A DNA stretch of 64,000 bases from Octopus bimaculoides (taxonomy: Eukaryota), in NCBI RefSeq assembly GCF_001194135.2, contig NC_068984.1, positions 75,883,832-75,947,831 of the forward strand. Reading direction: 5' to 3'. The translations under genes were made by a program, and so were the position numbers. The notes under the pieces are model-generated. The model saw only the letters and a list, made by a program, of their open reading frames with translations. It did no database searches and had not been told where the DNA came from. Shown here in pieces: positions 12,244-24,930 of this stretch; the stretch's first letter is position 1; every line of letters begins with the position of its first letter.

Positions 12244-15200
12244 TAAGGACAAGCAGGTTAGTCAAGTCCATGTACAAAAATTGTAAAATACATTTAATAC
12301 AAAGAATGTACATGTATATACATATAAAAGAAGTCCGACTTACACAGAATGGAAATGATAACAAGAATTAAATGATAACAAGAATTGAGTGAGAGTTTTA
12401 CGAGTCCAACAGCTGTTTCTGGTGGATTAGTGGTCTAAAATAATGCTTGTAACTTGATTCCGTCATCGAATACCACCAGCTTCCGTCTTCAGGGAAGAGT
12501 TTTACATTTGAAGTGTTGGTAGAATGGAGATTAAAGATGGAATGATTTTCTGGAGAATTAAGAGTATTAGAAAGAGGAGCTGGGGGTAGATAGAGAGTAG
12601 TTGGAGGAGAAAATAGATTTTGAGGTTAGGGTTAATAATGAAGCTGATGATAGTAGTAGAGGTGGAAGGTGGGAAGAAGGTAGAAAGATGGTTTAGGTAG
12701 TATGTGAAAGATGACCTTTCTGTTAGTTTGTATGAAGGCTGTAGAGTTAAAAGTTGCGGTAGTGAAAAGGAGATGGCTAGTATTTGGGTGAAATGAGTAG
12801 ACTGGTTCAGTAGCTGGAGGATGAGAAGGTAGTCAAAAGTAATTATTAATGGGACAAAGGAATTGGGTTGGTATTGGAGGTGGTGGTGTGTTATGGTCAA
12901 TAGAGGAGTATGAAATTGAATAGAGGGGTGTGAGTTGAGGTAGATTGGTTAGTTTTCAAAGGAGTGGTGTATTAAGTACTTTTTGAGACTGGGGAGGGTG
13001 GAGAGGCTAAGAGGGAAGTGTGAAGTAGCTCATTTGAAGAAATTGGAAGAAATTGGGGATGTGTGTATGAGAGAGAGTAGGAGGGGTTAGTATTTTTTAA
13101 TGTCTTGGTTTAAGGACTTTTGGGGTTATGGAAACTTATGGAATTATTTAGATTTGGCGAAGTGTGAGAAATATGAGTATTACCTGTGTTTACAAGAATA
13201 AATAAAATCAGAGAATCTATTGAGTAATGAAGAGTTATGATGGCGAAGAATGGTTAATGATTCTTTTAGACATAACTTACACTTGCCGATGTTTGCATTG
13301 CATGGGGGAGCTTCGCTTACTATGGACCAGGATAAGGTGTATGGAACATTTTGAGATTTGAGGTCGTGTATATACGTTGCTAAAGAGATTGACAATTTAA
13401 TATTTGGATTGGTGAAAGAGTTCATGTGTGCATGGTAGCGGCGCTTGAAATCTACAGTGCCACCGATATATACCCTTGCGTGGTGTTATAACACGGCATT
13501 TGTAGATTACATTTTTGCGTAGACAGGAGCCTACAAGAGAGCATAATTGAGATATGCGACAATTACAAATTTTCCTACATGCTCTATGATTGCGATTTAC
13601 TACTAGAGGGGTTGAGCTCAGTTGGTTCATTGTTAGTGGGGAGATCCAGAAGTGTGGTCTGTATTTCTATTGCAGCTAGTATTTGTTGTCGCGAAGGTAG
13701 GATTGTGGAATGATGGCTTGAGTCAGTATTATTTAATTGACAGGGGTTAATAAGGGTTGTGTTATTGCTACTATGTGAGCTAACTTGTGGTGCGGTGTGA
13801 GAGTTTAGGTGTTCAGAGAACTGGTGTTTGAGTTTGCGTTTGTTTGAGGAGGCGATTGTGGATCCTAAATCAGGTGTGGTGGAGTAGGAGATTTTCACTG
13901 ATGATTTGTTAAAGATGGGATAGTATTGGGTCATCCCGTAAATAATGCAGTTCTTTCAATTGCATGAACTAAAAGTCAGAGGGGGACGGGATAAACTACC
14001 TGCTATAAAAGCAGGTAGTAATTTTACCTTGTCCTTATTCTTAGTGCAAGTTTTGAAGAATGCAGTTCGATTTTAAAAGTTATTTTTTCAAAGCTATAAT
14101 GGCAGTCATAAAGGAGTATATTCGGCATATTTTGCTTTATGAGTTCGATAAAGGCAACAACGCAACGGAAAGTGCAAGGAATATTAATGCAGTATATGAA
14201 AAGCCAATGTCAACGGTGGTTCCAGAAATTCCGAACCGGAAACTACATCCTAGAAGACGAGCCTCGTCCTGGAAGATCTGTAGAGCTCGACGAGGACGTC
14301 CTGCAAACTCTGGCGGAACAAAATCTCATAGTAACTGTTAAAGAACTAGAAGAGAAGCTTGGATTTGGTCATTCAACCATTCATAAGAAAACGACGATCT
14401 TTGGTGTCAAGACGAAAGGTGTACTTCCATCAGGATAATGCTCGGCCACATACAGCGAGGATGACATTCCAAAGGCTGGAGCAGTTTGAATGGGAAACGA
14501 TGCCCCACCCACCATATTCGCCGGACATTACCCTATCTGATTATCATTTATTCCGCAGTCTTCAAAATCATTTGGACGGAAAATATATGAATTCGGTAGA
14601 TGAGGTCAGAAGAGTACTGGAGGAGTATTTTTCGTCACAGACAAGTGAATTTTGGAAGAGAGGCCTTGCAAGTCTACTAGATAGATGGAAGAGCATTGCA
14701 GAAAATTAAGGAAAGTATATTTTAGATTTAAGAAGAACTTTGTTTATCTTAATTTTGAAAAATAAAAGTATAAAAACACCGTATTATTTATGGGCTGACC
14801 CAATATTTATACTGTGGTGGAAAATTAGATTTTTGGATTTTAAGGAAAAGTTTAGGTAGAGCTTTAATTTGGAGAGAGAAAGGTGGTGCAAACCATAAAA
14901 TTTCCGGCTTCCTGGCCTTAGAGTATGTGGTTGTAGTGAGTTGATCAGGAGAGTGGGGCTTGTAGCTGTTATAGGCGCAGGGTAGTTTTTAAAGCCACCA
15001 CAAGCCACCCTGAGCCTATAACAACTACAAGCCTCACCCTCCTGATCAACCCACTACAACCATACACGCTAAATATGTTGGTATCCGATGACGGAACCAA
15101 GTTACAAGCATTATTTTAGACCACCAGTCCCCCAGAAACAGCTGTTGGACTCGTAAAACTCCTACTCAAACCCCTTAATTCCTGATATCATTTCCATTCT

Positions 15201-15304
15201 GTATAAGTCGGACTTCTTTTATATGTATACATATGTACATTCTTTGTATTAAATGTATTTAACATTTTTTTTAGATCGGCTTGCCTATCTTGCTTGTCCT
15301 TACA
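12241..15304 (-). mobile_element. Penelope-like element with inverted terminal repeats, interrupted by a mariner
   Basis: WFAPPFSLQIK..KLFLKI..FPPQYK|YYPIFNKSSVKISYSTTPDL; CNCRISQLCSLVGSCLRKNVIYK; SLATYIHDLKSQNVPYTLSWSIVSEAPP..CKLCLKE..LLNRFSDF..CKH. 12241-12478 is the reverse complement of 15077-15304. Confidence 0.88.
13926..14803 (+). mobile_element. Mariner transposon, internally deleted, TA TSD
   Basis: TIRs TTGGGTCATCCCGTAAATAATGC and TTGGGTCAGCCCATAAATAATAC; TA at 13924-25 and 14804-05. Transposase pieces: IRHILLYEFDKGNNATESARNI, QRWFQKFRTGNYILEDEPRPGR, FHQDNARPH..PHPPYSPDITLSDYHLF. Confidence 0.95.
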
Positions 15305-15722
15305 TTTACTCCTCTACCTGCTCAAGTTCAAATCTCTTGAGCACTATGAAGTGTATTCTATATATAGAATACCTGTCTCTAATCTATAAATTAGATAGAT
15401 AGATAGATCATATNNNNNNNNNNNNNNNNNNNNNNNNNNNNNNNNNNNNNNNNNNNNNNNNNNNNNNNNNNNNNNNNNNNNNNNNNNNNNNNNNNNNNNN
15501 NNNNNNNNNNNNNNNNNNNNNNATATATATATATATATATATACATATATATATAAATTAAAAACGTAAAAATAAAAACAGAACACAAAGGATTCCGCGA
15601 TACACGTGTTTCAAGCTTTATAGTCGTTGCATCATTATATTGGTATATAATTGATAGACAGGATGGTATAAAGCTATCTTCAGCCGCAAATATATTGTTT
15701 CCCAAGTATTATATCACAAAGA

Positions 15723-16100
15723 GTGGAGGCGCACTGGCCCAGTGGTTAGGGCAGCGGACTCGCGGTCATTGGATCGCGGTTTCAATTCCCAGACCGGGCG
15801 TCGTAAGGGTTTATTGAGCGAAAACACCTAAAGCTCCACGAGGCTCCGGCAGGGGATGATGGCGAACACTACTGTACTCTTCCACCTCAACTTTCTCTCA
15901 CCCTTACTTCCTGTTTCTGCTGTGCCTGTAATTCTAAGGGTTAGCCTTGTCACACTATGTCACGCTGAATCTCCCCGAGAACTACGTTAAGGGTACACGT
16001 GTCTGTGGAGTGCTCAGTCACTTGCACGTTAATTTCACGAGCAGGCTGTTCCGAATCAACTGGAACCCTCGACGTCGTAAGCGACGGATTGCCAACAACA
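15723..16100 (+). mobile_element. Full-length tRNA-derived SINE (family A), 12-bp TSD
   Basis: A/B boxes; (CAA)n tail after cgtcgtaagcgacgga; TSD atatcacaaaga at 15711-15722 and 16101-16112. Confidence 0.92.
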
Positions 16101-16183
16101 ATATCACAAAGAAGAAGTCACCAAGAAAAAAGNNNNNNNNNNNNNNNNNNNNNNNNNNNNNNNNNNNNNNNNNNNNNNNNNNN

Positions 16184-16222
<39 letters not shown>

Positions 16223-16224
16223 TA

Positions 16225-16440
16225 TCTTTTATCTTTCCCTTCTTTCACACATTTGACCGCGACCATGCTGGAGCACCGCCTTGACGAATTATTAGTCGAA
16301 CGAATCTATCCGGGTACTTCTTTTTAAGCTTGGTACTTATTTTATCAGTTAATTTGGCAGAACCGCTAGATTACGGAAAAATAAACATATCAATACTGGC
16401 TGTGAATCACAAACGCAGATGCAAGGACACATACACATAG

Positions 16441-16477
<37 letters not shown>

Positions 16478-16716
16478 GACTTCACACACGCACACACACA
16501 CACATGTATGTATAAATAGATATTTACATGCGTGTGCGTATGGCTTAGGCTGTGTGCGAGTGCTCCCGTTGATATGTAATGCATTACAGCCTGTATGTAT
16601 GTATGTATGTATGTATGTATTCTCACGCTAACTAGCTTGCTTGATAAAGAAGCACGCAGTGGGTCTGAACCCGGAACCATGTAGTTGTGAAGCAAATTTC
16701 TTACCACACAGCCACG
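16225..16716 (-). mobile_element. Bipartite SINE (head, microsatellite middle, tail), degenerate
   Basis: Head at 16653-16716 (gaacccggaaccatg..ccacacagccacgc); tail at 16230-16400 (gaccatgctggagcaccgcc..gaaccgctag). Confidence 0.75.
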
Positions 16717-17217
16717 CTGCTCACTCGACTCGTGTGACAAGAAGAACACCACTAACTATTTGGAAAGTCAGCAATGCTCGGATAAAATTTATGTTGGAGC
16801 TTATAAAGTTTGCCCCATCTCACAAACTTTCACAACCTTACTAACATGACCCAGAGGAAAGCCCTATAAGAATATTAATATAAGTCAGAGATTTCTTTCT
16901 AGAGAAGCCTCATGATCTTCTACGGTAACTACTGACCCCCAAAATGAACAAGAACACAGATTTAAATCAGAGCAAATTTCTTATAGACACATGTTTTAAC
17001 GAAGGGCTGCCTCATTGCGAGCGGCCCTATTGCTACATAGTCGTTGACTCTACATTTCCTTAAATTCATTTCATGTTCTCCAGAGCATCCTTGCTACCTT
17101 CTTTATCAAGCAAGTTAGTTAGCGTGAGAATACATACATACACGTTGTAATGCATTACATGTTAGCAGGAGCACTCGCAAACAGCCTAAGCCATACGCAC
17201 ACGCATGTAAATATTTA

Positions 17218-17784
17218 GGATCTATTTCAAAACGGGGCACCAGTTTTCATTTATGTTTTATGTAGTGTTTTTGGTACCGAAAGACTTTCAAACTTCGTAT
17301 ACTTATCTATTTTGTGTTATAGAACAGAAAAAAAAATTTGTATTCGAATTTATTTCATGTAAAAAATTGTCTTATTTCGATAATTTCTACTAATCACTGA
17401 CGTCTATTCAGTTGAAAACAGTTAGCGCTGTAACGGTGTATATCGTATTAATCCCCTAACCCTAACTAGACTGTTAACCCTAACCCTAACCCTAACCCTA
17501 AAACTAACCCTAACTCTAGAATCCGAACTCTAAAATTGTTACACACATAGATACGCACAGCGTAATTTATTATATAAACAATATATGNNNNNNNNNNNNN
17601 NNNNNNNNNNNNNNNNNNNNNNNNNNNNNNNNNNNNNNNNNNNNNNNNNNNNNNNNNNNNNNNNNNNNNNNNNNNNNNNNNNNNNNNNNNNNNNNNNNNN
17701 NNNNNNNNNNNNNNNNNNNNNNNNNNTTCGTTAGTGTAGTGTTTCGTTAAGAAAATACTGGTGCCCCCGTTTTGAAATAGATCC
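17218..17784. mobile_element. GG-ended MITE, 8-bp TSD, (TAACCC)n core (Merlin-like by termini)
   Basis: TIRs GGATCTATTTCAAAACGGGG(G)CACCAGT; TSD aatattta at 17210-17217 and 17785-17792; taaccc repeats at 17455-17515. Confidence 0.9.
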
Positions 17785-17798
17785 AATATTTATTTATA

Positions 17799-17851
<53 letters not shown>

Positions 17852-17876
17852 GAACACACACACATTGGGAAAAGAG

Positions 17877-17915
<39 letters not shown>

Positions 17916-18174
17916 AACAGACAGACAGACAGAGACAGACAGACAGACAGACAGAGACAGAGAAAGAGAGACAGAAAGAAAGACAGAGAGAGTAGGCGAC
18001 AGTAAGAGAGAGAGAGAGAAAGAGAGGGATAGAAAAAGAGAAAGAAAAAGAGAGAGAGAGAGAGATTGATTGGTTTCGGAGCATAAAGGCACGTCTTGAG
18101 TTTTCTACTAGGCGTCCAACTGTCCATCAATATGCCTAACTAGCTTACTACCTATCTATGTATCTAACTATCTA

Positions 18175-18264
<90 letters not shown>

Positions 18265-18418
18265 GTCTACTATCTATCTATCTATCTATCTATCAATACA
18301 GAGATTCATACAGGCATACAGACAGACAGACAAACAGATAGATAGATAAAATGAGCTATTAACTTATTACTATTTCACAATCTCATTCTTCTCTCCTTCT
18401 TTCTCCCTTTATCTTTCC

Positions 18419-18480
<62 letters not shown>

Positions 18481-18585
18481 TTCTCTCTTTCTTTCTTTCT
18501 AGTTCAGTCTAATTATATCACACACCTTTTCCTCTACCACCACCACCACCACCACCACTACCACATCTTTTCTCCCTTTGCTGTT

Positions 18586-18619
<34 letters not shown>

Positions 18620-18999
18620 GCTCCCTGTCAGTATTTCAAGATGCTAAATAAGATTTAAAACAAGATAAATTGACCCACCACGCACTCATTTATTCAAACA
18701 TACTACATCCACACGCGTATCAACCACTCCACGCAAATCCAGCTCAATCATGAAATAAATTGACTCTTCAAACACATATTTTCACAATACATGGATAGTT
18801 ACACACACACACAAACACACGCAAACACACACACACGTACCCACACAAACATACAAAAACTTACAGATGCATATGCATACATAAGCACGAACACACACAC
18901 ACACTAACAAACATATATGTGTGTACATATATATATAAATATATATATGTATATATAGATATATATATATGCATATATATACATATATACATATACATA

Positions 19000-19113
<114 letters not shown>

Positions 19114-19599
19114 GTAATGATAAATGTTAGATTCAGCGGTTACCAATTGTAACGGTAGAGGCAGTAATTCGTTTTGAGTTGTTATCCAAATGTAACCGGT
19201 GTTGAGGTTGCAGATGCGAAAGCAGAACAGTGGTCGAAGCTAATGTTGACTCCAAATTTTATTTACAGTTACTTTATGTAAAGCCATATTACGACGGCCA
19301 GGCGTGTATAATATAATTGAGAGTTAATTTTTCCTTTTATAAGAGTGTAACATGTCCTTGTCCATTGTAACAGTAAAATGATAGAGACAGAGTGATGATG
19401 TAGAGAAGAGAAAGTGAGCTAGCGAAAGTGAGAGTGGTGGGACGAGACAACTGCTTCGTTGGTGAGTTACCCTAGTTGTCCCTCTGTGACGTTTCATTCA
19501 GAAACGGCGTTTCGTTCAGCCGGTCAGCCAACTCCCCTGTTAGTCAGTTCTCACTAACTGATTTTACCTAATGGAATTCTAGCATTTATAAGAACACAG

Positions 19600-20179
19600 G
19601 GATCCTTCTGATTTGGCGGGCGTCACTTTTTATTTATGTTTTATTTAGTGTGTTTTCTACCGAAACACTTTCAAACTTCGTATACTTGTATATTTTGTGT
19701 TATAGAACAGATAAAAATTTTTGCATTCGAAGTTATTTCATGTAAAAAAATTGTGGTATTTCGGTAATTTTAACCAATCACTGACGTCTATTGAGGTGAA
19801 AACAATTACTGCTATGGATTATCAACAAAGCGTTGTGCGGTGTAATGGGATCTTTTCCCTTATGTCATAAATAACAGTACCGCCCATAGTTGTTGACAAA
19901 CAACGGCACTAATTTTATTCAAGAGAAAAGATCCCATTACACCGCACAACGCTTTGTTGACAATCCACAGCAGTAATTGTTTTCACCTGAATAGACGTCA
20001 GTGATTGGTTGAAATTACCGAAATACGACAATTTTAACACGAAATAACTTTAAAAAGATAAAATTTTCTTAATAACACTAAGAGTAAAAGATGTTTTATA
20101 TGACACATTCTACCAGTGTCCCAAGTTTGAAAGTGTTTCGTTAAGAAAACAAATGGCGCCCGCCAAATCAGAAAGATCC
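19600..20179. mobile_element. GG-ended palindromic MITE, 8-bp TSD
   Basis: TIRs GGATCC(T)TTCTGATTTGGCGGGCG; TSD gaacacag at 19592-19599 and 20180-20187; long inverted arms; subterminal sequence shared with 17218-17784. Confidence 0.9.
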
Positions 20180-20687
20180 GAACACAGACCAGCCAGAAAA
20201 AGAGATATATCGTTTAAACAATGAATAAATTAATGAAGGTCATTCCCTATTTATTTCAACTTTTGATGGCATTGAAGAGGTTAAAAGTTTAAGTGAAAGA
20301 GACATAAATTGACATGGCAAAGCCATGTGTTGAATGTAACTCTTATTAATTATTGTTTTTTTCTGTGAGAAAATGTTGTTAAAATGTTATGGGAAATTTG
20401 TCGATTCAGGTTCGAATCTATTCTATGCCTAAATGAAGTCACTACATATATATTCACACACCTGCGTATTTACACACATAAACAACCACACATATACATG
20501 CATATCTTACATATATATATGCACTCGTATAAACTCATGTGCATCTAGAACACCACAGAAATATTTTTTGCCCCAGACCAGGCTTCATCGAATAGATCTT
20601 GAACAAAGGTTTTTCAGTCCCTGATCAACCATACTATTTATCTATTTATTTATTTATTTATCTATTTATTTATTTATTTATTTCCAG

Positions 20688-20818
20688 GCAGTGGAATCGA
20701 CAGGATCAAGATAGAAAGCCGTAAGATATTTGTTCCATTTCTTCAGGCGCTGAATTTGAATATCGCCGAGGAACGCCTTACTTTCGTCTATAATGGTATT
20801 TCACAATCGAACCACCAG
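20688..20818 (+). CDS. Candidate isolated coding exon, unknown protein
   Basis: T-rich tract plus ttccAG acceptor and CAG|gtaact donor; one open frame, SGIDRIKIESRKIFVPFLQALNLNIAEERLTFVYNGISQSNHQ. No homology recognised. Confidence 0.3.
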
Positions 20819-21004
20819 GTAACTGGTCATATATCACGACCGAGCCACAATAATTTCATGTGATCGGTCTATTAAGCAACCAACCAGGGCCAAGTCATCG
20901 CGTGATTCAATCTTCCAGAATCTTTTTATTGTACCTTATATAAATCTGTTTTTTATATGTATATTAACATGTGTGTGCATGTGTGTTAATGCTGCTTCTA
21001 CGAT

Positions 21005-21200
21005 ATCTTTTATCTTTTACCTGTTTCAGCAATCAGTTTGCGGCCATGCTCGGGCACCGCCTTGAATGAATGGACCCGGGGACTTATTTATGTTTTTTTT
21101 TTCTTTTTCTTAAGCCTGATGCTTATTTTCTCGACGTCTTTTGAAACACCGCTAGCTTACGGGGAAGCAAACGAACCAACACCGGTTGTCAAACGGTGGA
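21005..21200 (-). mobile_element. SINE tail module
   Basis: gcggccatgctcgggcaccgccttg..cttacggggaagcaaacgaaccaacaccggttgtc. Confidence 0.7.
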
Positions 21201-21515
21201 ATGGGGAGGGTGCAAACACAATGATACACGCACACATACAGATATATATATATATATATATATATATACTTACATATGTGTGTGTGCGCGCGTGCGTGTG
21301 TGCGTCTGTGTGTGTCCGTCCTTTTGATTCTAATTTCTCCGGCAATATTGAGGTGATGGCGTGTGCAGACCTGAATCGGTTATGGGCAAGTAGTTACCAA
21401 TGAGCACATAGGATGTTTACGTTATTGATATACAGTTTTCTGCGGGCACGAGAGGACATCAATCATATATATACATATATCTGTGTGCATTTGTGCATGT
21501 GTGTGTGTCTGTGCG

Positions 21516-21549
<34 letters not shown>

Positions 21550-22264
21550 NNNNNNNNNNNNNNNNNNNNNNNNNNNNNNNNNNNNNNNNNNNNNNNNNNN
21601 NNNNNNNNNNNNNNNNNNNNNNNNNNNNNNNNNNNNNNNNNNNNNNNNNNNNNNNNNNNNNNNNNNNNNNNNNNNNNNNNNNNNNNNNNNNNNNNNNNNN
21701 NNNNNNNNNNNNNNNNNNNNNNNNNNNNNNNNNNNNNNNNNNNNNNNNNNNNNNNNNNNNNNNNNNNNNNNNNNNNNNNNNNNNNNNNNNNNNNNNNNNN
21801 NNNNNNNNNNNNNNNNNNNNNNNNNNNNNNNNNNNNNNNNNNNNNNNNNNNNNNNNNNNNNNNNNNNNNNNNNNNNNNNNNNNNNNNNNNNNNNNNNNNN
21901 NNNNNNNNNNNNNNNNNNNNNNNNNNNNNNNNNNNNNNNNNNNNNNNNNNNNNNNNNNNNNNNNNNNNNNNNNNNNNNNNNNNNNNNNNNNNNNNNNNNN
22001 NNNNNNNNNNNNNNNNNNNNNNNNNNNNNNNNNNNNNNNNNNNNNNNNNNNNNNNNNNNNNNNNNNNNNNNNNNNNNNNNNNNNNNNNNNNNNNNNNNNN
22101 NNNNNNNNNNNNNNNNNNNNNNNNNNNNNNNNNNNNNNNNNNNNNNNNNNNNNNNNNNNNNNNNNNNNNNNNNNNNNNNNNNNNNNNNNNNNNNNNNNNN
22201 NNNNNNNNNNNNNNNNNNNNNNNNNNNNNNNNNNNNNNNNNNNNTATATATATATATATATGAT

Positions 22265-22406
22265 AGGTGCAGGCGTGCCTGGGTGGTAAGAAGCTTGCTT
22301 CCCAACCACATGGTTCAGTGTTCAGTGTTCAGTTCTACTATAGCTTCGGGCCTACCTACCAAAGCTTTGTGAGTGGATTTGGTAGGTGGAAACCGAAAGC
22401 CCATCG
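22265..22406 (+). mobile_element. Bipartite SINE head (tRNA-derived)
   Basis: ggtaagaagcttgcttcccaaccacatggttc..ctactatagc.tcgggcc..gtgagtggatttggtag. Confidence 0.75.
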
Positions 22407-22420
22407 TATATATATATATA

Positions 22421-22637
22421 CAAGGGTGTGCTGAAAAGTTCCTAGCTTTGGGTAAGAGAAAATACAGGAAGATCAGTTACTTATAGTTTTATTGAATATA
22501 TTCCCCTCTCAGATTCACACACTTATTGCAGCGGTCCTTCAGTTTTTCTAAGCTCTGTAAAAGAAAACGGAAGGTTGGGCCTCCAACCAGGCTTTTCACG
22601 ACACCCTTAAAGCTAAGAACTTTTCAGCACTCCTTCG
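22421..22637. mobile_element. Mariner-type MITE (TA-flanked)
   Basis: TIRs caagggtgtgctgaaaagttc and gaacttttcagcactccttcg, TA on both sides; partial second copy at 59241-59292. Confidence 0.8.
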
Positions 22638-22704
22638 TATATGTACGTATCAATATGTATGTATGGATGTATGTATATAGATATATACATATATATATAC
22701 ATAT

Positions 22705-22788
<84 letters not shown>

Positions 22789-23246
22789 ATATATATNNNN
22801 NNNNNNNNNNNNNNNNNNNNNNNNNNNNNNNNNNNNNNNNNNNNNNNNNNNNNNNNNNNNNNNNNNNNNNNNNNNNNNNNNNNNNNNNNNNNNNNNNNNN
22901 NNTATATATATATATATATATATATATGCATATATATTATTTATTATAAGCTTACATCTGTTTCAGAGATGCATTTGGGTGCGTTCATAGTTCAATTCTA
23001 TCGATCGGTCGATTGGAAATATAGGGAACGAACCTCATAATGATATCTTCGTCAGAACCAAAACAAATCGGGCGCGTGTGTGTGTGTTTGCGTGTGTGTA
23101 CGTGTGTGTACATGTGTGTACCTGTCTGTATCTGTGTGCGTGCGTGCGTGCGTCTGTCTGTCTGTCTGGAACTATCTGACATTCTCATCTTCCCAACATC
23201 TGACCTCCTCTCTCTCACTCTCTCTCTGTTTCTATCTCTCTCTCTC

Positions 23247-23280
<34 letters not shown>

Positions 23281-23294
23281 CCTCNNNNNNNNNN

Positions 23295-23340
<46 letters not shown>

Positions 23341-23837
23341 CATTCTTATTACACTAATTCTTGCGCCCAAATATAGAACTAGAGACAAATATAAAAGGGA
23401 CCACGACAGATCTGCCTGTACCCCATGCACTCTACCATCATCCCTTCCATACCCCTTACCCTCCAGTACCCTTTGGAATCGATATATCCATCATTCACTC
23501 TTACCATTTATTCATCTGTTTCTATTCATCGATTTCACCATCCCCTCACTCTCACCAATTCCACCATCCTCTCATTCCAATCTTTGTGTTACAACACCAC
23601 ACACATGATCCCCTCTTCCATCCACTCTGGTTCTTCTGCCATCGCAGTTCTCTTCTGTTCAGCTCCTTAACCACGTAGCCCCGTGGGAATGAATACATGG
23701 AATGTTGAATACTCTCTAACCTTGCGAGGTACAAAGCAACCCCACTAGTGTTGGTGGGTATTACTATAAACTCACCCGGTAGACTCTTAAAGTAGCTGCA
23801 AACGAATGGTGATGAGTGGACAAGATGACCCCTTTAA

Positions 23838-24067
23838 GGCGGCGAGCTGGCAGAAACGTTAGCGCGCCGGGCGAAATGTTTATCGGTATTTCGTCTGCCG
23901 TTACGTTCTGAGTTCAAATTCCGCCGAGGTCGAATTTGCCTTTCATCCTTTCGGGGTCGATAAATTAAGTACCAGTTACGCACTGGGATCGATGTGATCG
24001 ACTTAATCTCTTTGTCTGTCCTTGTTTGTCCCCTCTATGTTTAGCTCCTTGTGGGCAATAAAGAAAG
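23838..24067 (+). mobile_element. tRNA-derived SINE (family B, Deu/Nin-like core), 16-bp TSD
   Basis: Core gcctttcatcctttcggggtcgataaattaagtaccag; TSD aagatgacccctttaa at 23822-23837 and 24068-24083. Confidence 0.92.
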
Positions 24068-24244
24068 AAGATGACCCCTTTAATCTTGTCGAGGACATTA
24101 ACACCTCTCTAGTGCTGGTGCCATAATAAAATGCAGCCGCAAAAAAAAAAAAACATCAGTGAAGTATACGAGTGAGATGTGGTACTCCAACCCGTCTAAG
24201 AGGGCGCTAACTAGAAAGTGGAAGTAAAATAACGATGATACTGG

Positions 24245-24510
24245 TTGGCTGGATGGATGGTTGGATGGATGGCTGGATGGTTGGATGGTTGGCTGGATGG
24301 ATGTCTGGCTGGCTAGCTGGTTGGCTGGCTGGCTGGCTGGCTGGATGGATGGATGGATGGATGGATGGATGGATNNNNNNNNNNNNNNNNNNNNNNNNNN
24401 NNNNNNNNNNNGCTGGATGGATGGATGGATGGATGGATGGATAGATGGATGGATGGATGGATGGATGGATGGATGGATGGATGGATGGATGGATGGATGG
24501 ATGGATGGAT
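24245..24510. repeat. (GGAT/GGCT)n microsatellite
   Basis: Direct; spans a short gap. Confidence 0.95.
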
Positions 24511-24511
24511 A

Positions 24512-24930
24512 GCGGCCAGATATTGTTGTTTGGGACAGAGAAGGAAAAGTATGTACCGTCTTAGAGGCCAGCTATCCTGCTGATGTATCTCTTCGAAAAT
24601 CAAAGAAGAAGAGGATAACTACAGACAACTTCTTCGAAATTTTCAGCTTCTATACGCATATTACAAATCCACAGTTATGCCTATAATAGTTGAGGTTGTT
24701 GGTTTTGTTAGTAAATGCCTGAGTGACAAACTGGAGAAGCAAGGGATTTCAATGAAAGAAATCCTCAGCTAACACGCATATTGCAATATATAAGCGGAAC
24801 AGTAAAAATATGTAAAAACGTTCAAAATGTAGCATTGTTTTTATTATCAACATTCCAACGATGAAATTTTGTGTCTTTGTTAGAAACTAGTTCCTTCCTC
24901 AGCGGAGAATTTCAAATAATTAAAAATAGA
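24512..24930 (+). mobile_element. RLE-type (R4/Dong/NeSL-like) retrotransposon 3' fragment
   Basis: [22 protein letters not shown]..(frameshift)..YRQLLRNFQLLY..VMPIIV..GFV..SGTVKIC (PD-(D/E)xK endonuclease region). Homologous tail at 42465-42620. Confidence 0.8.
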
